Origin: Opitutia bacterium KCR 482
GTDB taxonomy: Bacteria > Verrucomicrobiota > Verrucomicrobiia > Opitutales > Intestinicryptomonadaceae
Direction of reading: 5' to 3'
Length of the DNA: 32,000 bases
Assembly: GCA_029269845.2 (NCBI GenBank)
Contig: CP149973.1
Coordinates: 540,001 to 572,000 of the forward strand
Shown here: positions 26,409 through 32,000 of the stretch, in pieces
Layout: every line of letters begins with the position of its first letter
Numbering within the stretch: the stretch's first letter is position 1
The notes under the pieces: generated by a model
Databases searched by the model: none
What the model was told of the DNA's origin: nothing
What the model saw: only the letters and a program-made list of their open reading frames with translations
Made by a program: the position numbers and the translations under genes

Positions 26409-29167
26409 CGCCGCAACTTCTGACAGTAAAAATTCAGGCAATTCTCGGCGGGCGGTCGAACGCCTCCGACATGCAAAAACGCTCCGTCGCAACCGAATAC
26501 TACAAGCTGTGCGCCCAGACGGAATCGCAGCTGGAACACTGCGTCGCGCTAATCAAGGCGGGGCGCGACTACACCGCATTGCAGGTCGCCGAATCGTCCG
26601 ACCTGCTCGACACGCTCAACGCCCTGCTCTTCCCCGAAATCGAACAGTGGCGGGCGTTCTGCGACGGCGCAAACCTGCCCGTTCCGCCGCCGTTCGACGA
26701 CGCGCAAATAGAGCTTGTGAACTCGCTGTACTCGCGCGGAATTTCGCAAAACCACCCTCTCTACCGCGACTTCCGCAGGGCGATGCGCATGCGCAGATAC
26801 GAGGACGCGCTCGCGGTAATCAAAACGATTTCAAAAATCAACGCCTACGATGCCGAGGCGCGGCGCGAGTGCGAAAAGCTGTCCAGACGCGTCGCGTCGG
26901 CAAAGCTCGCGCAGCTCGAACGCGCGGTCGCGTCGGACGACTTCGCCGAAGCGTCTAAAATACGCGACGCCCTCGCGCCCGAAGCGGCCACGCTCTCCGA
27001 CAACAAAATCTGGCGCAACGCCGAACTCTACCTGCGCTCCCACACGGAGGAAGCCGAGCGCAAACGCTGCGCCGAAATCGTCGCCGAGCTTGAAAAACTC
27101 GACGTCGAGCGCGACTTCGCCGCCGCCGCCGACCTCGTGAACGAATTCAACCTCCTGCGCGGCGACGCCGACTTCGACGGAACGGAATTCGTCGAAAGAA
27201 TCTCCGCCGAAACCGCGAAAAAGCAGGACGCCGCGATTGCCGCCGCAAAGGCTGCGCGGGCGGCAAACCTCGCGCGGGCGGAGCTTGAAAAGCCCGACAA
27301 ATCGGAAAAACGCGCCGAAAGACTCGCGCGGCTGACAGCCCTAAAAGCGGAGGCGGCGGACGCGCTCGACGCGGAGGCGGCTAAGAGGCTCTCCTCCGAA
27401 ATCTCGAAGCTCCGCGCGGCGGCAGCGCTCGCAAAACTCGCCCTCGCGGCGGCTGTTTGCGCGGGAATAGCGGCAGTCGGCGCGGGCGCGTATTTCGCGT
27501 GGAGCTACGAAACCGCGCGGCAAAACGAAATCGCCGCCGAAAACGAAATCGCGGAAATGGAGAATCTGCGCGAGCCGTCGCACCTGCCGAAAAAAATCGC
27601 GGAGTTCGAAAGAAAATACCCGTCGAAAAAATACGCCGAAAGGCTCGCGGCATTGGCGGACTCCGCGAAAATCGCGGCAAACAGACTCGCGCGGGTAAAG
27701 GAGGCCGTGCGATCGCTCGAAAAGTTCGACCCAAAAACCGCAAAACCCGCCGACTTCGAAAAGGCGAAAAATCTGGTCGAGGAACTGCGCCTCGAAGCGG
27801 CGTCGCTCTCGCCCGTCGAGCAGTCGGTATACCGCGGAATAATCGACTCCTCGGGCAAAAGGATTTCAGCCGCAGCCGAGGAACGCAGGGCGAAAAACGC
27901 CGCCGACCTCAGGAAATACCTTGCCCAATACGAAGCCGTCGCCGAAGAGTACGAAAACTTCGCGCGGGCAAAGGCGGACATCGACCGCGACGCCGACGCC
28001 GTTCTGGAAAAGCTCCGCCCGCTCGTGGGCGAAGTGTCGGCAACGTTCAGACCGCACAGACTCGATTCCGAAAAATTCGACGAAATTTCGGTGAGGGTAG
28101 CCGACGCGAAAAACGCCTACGCGAAGTTCGACAAGCTCCGCTCCGCCCTGCTTACGTCGCAGAGCGCGGCGGAATACGCGGCGTCGCTCGAAAGCCTTGC
28201 GGAATCGGGCGCGGCGCCCGCGGAATTTTCGCGCAAGCTCTCGAAAATCGCGGAGGTAAAGGACGCCATTCTGCGCGGGCAAACGGCGGAATTCGGAACG
28301 CCCGAAGCCGCCGCGCGGCTCGACTCGGCGGGAATCGCCGCAAAGGCGTCCCTGCCCGAAAACGAAATGCTCACAAACCTCTACAAATACTCGCGCGAGG
28401 GCAGGCTCGACGTGTACACGCTCGGGAAAATCTCGGAGAAAACCTCGAAGTGGCGCGGCGGCTCTGAGGTCGTGCAGGAGGTGCGAGAAGTGGGCGCGGG
28501 CGGGAAAATACTGACAGCCCCCTACCGCAAGCACTTCATCGACGGGCGCGCCCCGCGCGGCGTTCTGCTTGTAGGCGGCGCGAAAACGGCGGAGTCAATG
28601 CTCGCCGAAAAGGCGGCGCAAACGGCGTCAAAGCAGTCGCTGCTATCCGCGCTCTCGCTTGTGGGCAACGCGCGGACTAACCCTATTTTCCGCGCCTATC
28701 TGGAAAAGCTGATTTTCGCAAAGCTCGCGGAAAACCCCGTGGAAACGCTGCTTGAATACTCGCCGAAAGCCAGGACGCGAATGGCGGCATTGGAACGCTA
28801 CGCAAAGCCGCTCGAAGCGCATTCGTGGATTTTCGAGTCGAACTCGAAAACGCGGCTCGTGGGAAGCGAGCTCTACGGCTCGCCCGCGCCCGACTATTTC
28901 GACGACGCGCGGACGCATGTCAACGCGCTGAAAATCGCGCTCGAAAACCCGCTCGAACTCGTCGGCGTGTGCGACGAAAACGGGAAGCCCTCGATATTCA
29001 GGGAGGCGGCGGGCGCGGTGTGGTCGGTGGACGCAAAGACTGGGAAATTCGGGAAGCTCGGCAGGGGAAAGCCCGCGCCGCTTGCGCCGATTTTCCGCGA
29101 GCGCAAATCGGCGGCGGAAATCATGCGAGAAGCCTCGCAAAAAGGCGCGGGCGAAAACAACGGCTAA
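26405..29167 (+). CDS. Large (920 aa) predominantly alpha-helical single-pass membrane protein, uncharacterised
   Basis: The ATG at 26405 overlaps the upstream stop (ATGA); the track alternative is ATG 26384. Ala/Glu/Lys/Arg-rich helical sequence on both sides of a central TM (LALAAAVCAGIAAVGAGAYFAW, about 27419-27502). The last 280 aa or so look like a globular mixed alpha/beta domain. Confidence 0.75.
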   Translation: MTPQLLTVKIQAILGGRSNASDMQKRSVATEYYKLCAQTESQLEHCVALIKAGRDYTALQVAESSDLLDTLNALLFPEIEQWRAFCDGANLPVPPPFDDAQIELVNSLYSRGISQNHPLYRDFRRAMRMRRYEDALAVIKTISKINAYDAEARRECEKLSRRVASAKLAQLERAVASDDFAEASKIRDALAPEAATLSDNKIWRNAELYLRSHTEEAERKRCAEIVAELEKLDVERDFAAAADLVNEFNLLRGDADFDGTEFVERISAETAKKQDAAIAAAKAARAANLARAELEKPDKSEKRAERLARLTALKAEAADALDAEAAKRLSSEISKLRAAAALAKLALAAAVCAGIAAVGAGAYFAWSYETARQNEIAAENEIAEMENLREPSHLPKKIAEFERKYPSKKYAERLAALADSAKIAANRLARVKEAVRSLEKFDPKTAKPADFEKAKNLVEELRLEAASLSPVEQSVYRGIIDSSGKRISAAAEERRAKNAADLRKYLAQYEAVAEEYENFARAKADIDRDADAVLEKLRPLVGEVSATFRPHRLDSEKFDEISVRVADAKNAYAKFDKLRSALLTSQSAAEYAASLESLAESGAAPAEFSRKLSKIAEVKDAILRGQTAEFGTPEAAARLDSAGIAAKASLPENEMLTNLYKYSREGRLDVYTLGKISEKTSKWRGGSEVVQEVREVGAGGKILTAPYRKHFIDGRAPRGVLLVGGAKTAESMLAEKAAQTASKQSLLSALSLVGNARTNPIFRAYLEKLIFAKLAENPVETLLEYSPKARTRMAALERYAKPLEAHSWIFESNSKTRLVGSELYGSPAPDYFDDARTHVNALKIALENPLELVGVCDENGKPSIFREAAGAVWSVDAKTGKFGKLGRGKPAPLAPIFRERKSAAEIMREASQKGAGENNG

Positions 29168-29173
29168 TTCCGA

Positions 29174-29569
29174 ATGAAAAAATTTTTTCTCAGTTGGAAG
29201 GGAGCAGAAAGCGGCCCGTACTCGGCGGAGGAAATCGCCGATATGCTCGAACGCGGAAAAATCGGGCTTCTGCATCTTGTACGGACGGAATCCACACAGT
29301 GGCGGCCGCTGAAAGACGCGAACCTGCAAACCGATTTCGACGCCCCGCAAAGCGCGTCGAAAACCGACATTCTTGCGCCGATAGTCTACGCGGCGGCGGG
29401 GCTTGCGTTCCTGTCGCCGTGGGTGCTTGCGGCGTCGGGCGCGATGTCGGTGTTCTTGTGGATTTCGGGCGACAGGAAATCGGCGGCGTTTTCGTTCGCT
29501 CTGGCGGCGTTGATTGCGTGCGCGGGACTGGCGTTTTTCGGCATCGTATACCCTGCGGTGGCGGAGTGA
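29174..29569 (+). CDS. GYF_2-like domain protein with two C-terminal TM helices
   Basis: 131 aa starting 6 nt after the previous stop. FFLSWKGAESGPYSAEEIADMLERGKIGLLHLVRTESTQWRPL fits the GYF_2/DUF4339 pattern (W..G...GPys.eEi..m...G.i......v......W.pl). Two hydrophobic helices follow. Confidence 0.65.
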   Translation: MKKFFLSWKGAESGPYSAEEIADMLERGKIGLLHLVRTESTQWRPLKDANLQTDFDAPQSASKTDILAPIVYAAAGLAFLSPWVLAASGAMSVFLWISGDRKSAAFSFALAALIACAGLAFFGIVYPAVAE

Positions 29570-29623
29570 TTTTCCCGCGTAAAAAGGTTGCGAAATCCGC
29601 GCCGCTGTGGTTTCGTTATATAT

Positions 29624-30457
29624 GTGGACGATAATAAGAAAATCCTGTTCGTAGTGAACAAAACGAAAACTTCGGCGGAGGAAATCGCCGAAAAGCTTTC
29701 GAAACTCGCACTCGCAAACGGAATGTCGTGCGAAATCTGCGCCGACTTCCCCGTGCCCGAAAGCGCGTTCAAAGACAAGGACATCTGCTGCGTCATCGGC
29801 GGCGACGGCACAATACTCTCGTGCGTGCCCGCAATCGCAAAGTACGACCTCCCCGTCTTCGGCATAAACCTCGGCAAGCTCGGATTTTTGGCGACGTACA
29901 CCGACGAAATTTCCGAGGCGGAATTCCTTTCGCTCGTGCGCGGGGAACGCCGCGTGCTCGAACGCGCATTGCTCGAAGTAGTCTACAACGGCAGAAGATA
30001 CCTTGCGCTCAACGACCTCGTTTTCAAGGACGTCAGGCTCGACGGAATCTCGAAGTTCGCGATTTTCGCAGACAAGGAGTTCATCGCAACCTATGCGGGC
30101 GACGGTCTGATTTTTTCGACGCCCACGGGTTCGACCGCATACAACCTTTCGGCGGGCGGCCCGATTATCCACCCCAAGGGAAGGGTTTTCGCGATGACGC
30201 CCATCTGCCCCCACACGCTCTCGAACAGAAGCCTCATCTACGACTACGGCGCGCAGATAAAAATCGAATGCGTAAGCGGCGAAAGCGCGCTAATCGCCGA
30301 CGGCAAAAAAGTGGCAACCCTCACGCAGGGCTCGTCGGTGGAAATCAGCATGCCGTCGAACACGATACGCTTCGTGCGCCTGCGCGGGCACTCGCATTTC
30401 GCGATTTTAAGAAGCAAGCTCGGCTGGGCGGAAGACCCCCGAAAGTACGAAAGATGA
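29624..30457 (+). CDS. nadK: NAD kinase
   Basis: GGDGT, NLGKLGFL and DGLIFSTPTGSTAYNLSAGGPI motifs. I prefer the in-frame GTG at 29624 (MDDNKKILFVV..., 277 aa) over the track's TTG at 29588. The start is uncertain. Confidence 0.85.
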   Translation: MDDNKKILFVVNKTKTSAEEIAEKLSKLALANGMSCEICADFPVPESAFKDKDICCVIGGDGTILSCVPAIAKYDLPVFGINLGKLGFLATYTDEISEAEFLSLVRGERRVLERALLEVVYNGRRYLALNDLVFKDVRLDGISKFAIFADKEFIATYAGDGLIFSTPTGSTAYNLSAGGPIIHPKGRVFAMTPICPHTLSNRSLIYDYGAQIKIECVSGESALIADGKKVATLTQGSSVEISMPSNTIRFVRLRGHSHFAILRSKLGWAEDPRKYER

Positions 30458-30789
30458 ACAGGGACGCAACCGACACTGCTAAACGCAAACGCACGGCGAT
30501 ACGCCTTGCGTTTGCGGCGGCGTTCGCGCTCGAAGCCGCATGGCTTTTCTTTGCGGACTTCGGGTCGGACATTCCGTGCTTTGCGTCGCAAATCTCGGCG
30601 GGAATAGACGCGCTAATCGCCGCCGCGCTCGCGGCGGGCTTCCGCCCGTCGAACTTCGCGGTTTTCAAAACGTTCGCGTTCGCGGGATTTTTCGCGTACG
30701 CGTGGTACTCGCTGGGAACTTCGCCCGAATGCGCGGCGGCGGCGGCAGTCTCGGCGGCATTGGGGCTTGCGGTCTACACAATTTTATAA
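30454..30789 (+). CDS. Small hydrophobic membrane protein, uncharacterised
   Basis: 111 aa. The ATG at 30454 overlaps the nadK stop (ATGA). It is the downstream in-frame part of track ORF 29728..30789. Three or four Ala-rich hydrophobic segments. Confidence 0.5.
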   Translation: MNRDATDTAKRKRTAIRLAFAAAFALEAAWLFFADFGSDIPCFASQISAGIDALIAAALAAGFRPSNFAVFKTFAFAGFFAYAWYSLGTSPECAAAAAVSAALGLAVYTIL

Positions 30790-30801
30790 AGGAGAGACAA
30801 A

Positions 30802-32000
30802 ATGGAATCGGCGCAAAAGAAAGTCGGAATCTTCGAAAAAATCAAACGCTACGCCACGAAAACGATATGGGAAAAGGACATATCGGCAATGGGAGTCAAG
30901 GGGAAGGCGGTCGCGTTTCTGCGCGTGCTTATCTCGACGGTCGGCGGAATTTTCGGAAAGCGCGTGCTCGTGCAGGCGTCGTCGCTTTCGTACGCGACGC
31001 TGCTTGCAATAGGCCCGATGCTCGCGATAGTGATTATGTTCGCGGGAATGTTTTTCAGGGAAAACAAAAACGCCGTCTACGAAAAAATCATGGACGCCGC
31101 GACATTCGTAATGCCCGCGTTCAACCAAATACAGCAAAACGCCGACGGGCAAAGCTCCGGAATCAACCCCGAAATAATCGGCTTTATCGACAACATCTCG
31201 AAGGCGGGCGCAAAGGCGGGGGCAATCGGCATGCTCGCAATGCTCGCAACCTGCCTGCTGCTTTGCGTCAACGCCGAAAACGCGTTCAACTTCATCTGGG
31301 GAATAAAAAAGGGGCGCAAGTGGATTAACAGAATCGTGTTCTACTTCTCCATGATTTTCTTCGGGTCGGTGGGAATGATTTTCGGAATGACATTCTTCAC
31401 GACGTCGCAAATGCCGAAATTTCTTGGCGACCTCCCCTTCGTGGCGCAATACCTCACGGGATACGCGTCGTGGATTACATACATTCTGGGGCTTGGAATC
31501 ATCACCTGCGTGCTGGCGGCGTTCTACAAATTCATTCCGCCGACGCGCGTGAAATGGAAGCCCGCGTTCGTGGGAGCAATCGTGATAATGTGCCTGCTTG
31601 TGCTCAACAACAAAGGCTCGTTCCTCTACATAAGCTACATCGCAAAACAGCAGAGCTTCTACGGATATTTGGCGATTGTCGCCGTGGCGATGTTCAGCCT
31701 CTACATTTTCTGGACGATGATTCTCGTCGGCTGCCTGATTACATACTCGGTGCAGTACGTCGATTTCCTCTCCGACGACGACGCATGGAACAAAATGGGA
31801 GACAGGGCGAAAAAAATCTGCGCGCTTGCGGCGTTCGTGGAAATAGAGAGGTCGTTCTACGCGGGCGCGGCGCACTCGCCGACGATAGAGACGCTGCTGG
31901 GCGCGCTTAAAATGCCGAAGTCGGCGGTGATTGCAAGCGTAGACTGGCTCGCGGAAAAAGAGCTGGTCTGCGAGGCGGGCGAAGTCAACGACTCCGACAA
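30802..32000 (+). CDS. YihY/BrkB-family inner membrane protein (3'-truncated by the window end)
   Basis: ATG 30802 is preceded by AAAGGAGAG (SD, 7-nt spacing) and the frame is open to the window end. ASSLSYATLLAIGPMLAIV and multiple TM segments are typical of the YihY family. It is absent from the ORF track because no stop is reached. Confidence 0.7.
   Translation, partial: MESAQKKVGIFEKIKRYATKTIWEKDISAMGVKGKAVAFLRVLISTVGGIFGKRVLVQASSLSYATLLAIGPMLAIVIMFAGMFFRENKNAVYEKIMDAATFVMPAFNQIQQNADGQSSGINPEIIGFIDNISKAGAKAGAIGMLAMLATCLLLCVNAENAFNFIWGIKKGRKWINRIVFYFSMIFFGSVGMIFGMTFFTTSQMPKFLGDLPFVAQYLTGYASWITYILGLGIITCVLAAFYKFIPPTRVKWKPAFVGAIVIMCLLVLNNKGSFLYISYIAKQQSFYGYLAIVAVAMFSLYIFWTMILVGCLITYSVQYVDFLSDDDAWNKMGDRAKKICALAAFVEIERSFYAGAAHSPTIETLLGALKMPKSAVIASVDWLAEKELVCEAGEVNDSD

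Overview
High-GC bacterial chromosomal window. The many prepilin-type KAFTLVE N-termini and the frequent lack of Shine-Dalgarno sequences suggest a PVC-type organism (Lentisphaerota, Kiritimatiellota or Verrucomicrobiota), but this is an inference only. Most of the window is recognisable housekeeping. On the minus strand: a nucleoside 2-deoxyribosyltransferase-like gene, fsr-type MFS transporter, yjdF-like gene, glnD, queH, five pseudopilin genes, obg, argH, tRNA-Met(CAT), rpmA and rplU. On the plus strand: a LysM protein, NUDIX hydrolase, DUF721 protein, C-N hydrolase, a Tat-signal beta-helix protein, ppdK, nadK and yihY. Two regions stand out. (1) 22046-29569 holds an ECF sigma/anti-sigma pair transcribed divergently from a tightly coupled four-gene operon. 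The operon encodes an FHA-like/Zn-ribbon/P-loop GTPase, a single-pass membrane protein with a GAP1-N2-like N-terminal domain, a 920-aa mostly helical single-pass membrane protein, and a small GYF-like two-TM protein. No enzymatic effector is recognisable. This is my candidate for an undescribed GTPase-centred membrane system. (2) 21278-22045 is a 770-nt ORF-poor, hairpin-dense intergenic region. It contains a tandem 157-nt repeat with compensatory-looking stem changes and a separate pair of 29-30-nt direct repeats, so it may encode ncRNAs. No transposase, integrase, CRISPR array or rRNA was seen. Many long ORFs in the supplied track are Arg-rich antisense shadows of real genes and were rejected. 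All family assignments come from motif recognition by eye; no searches were run.
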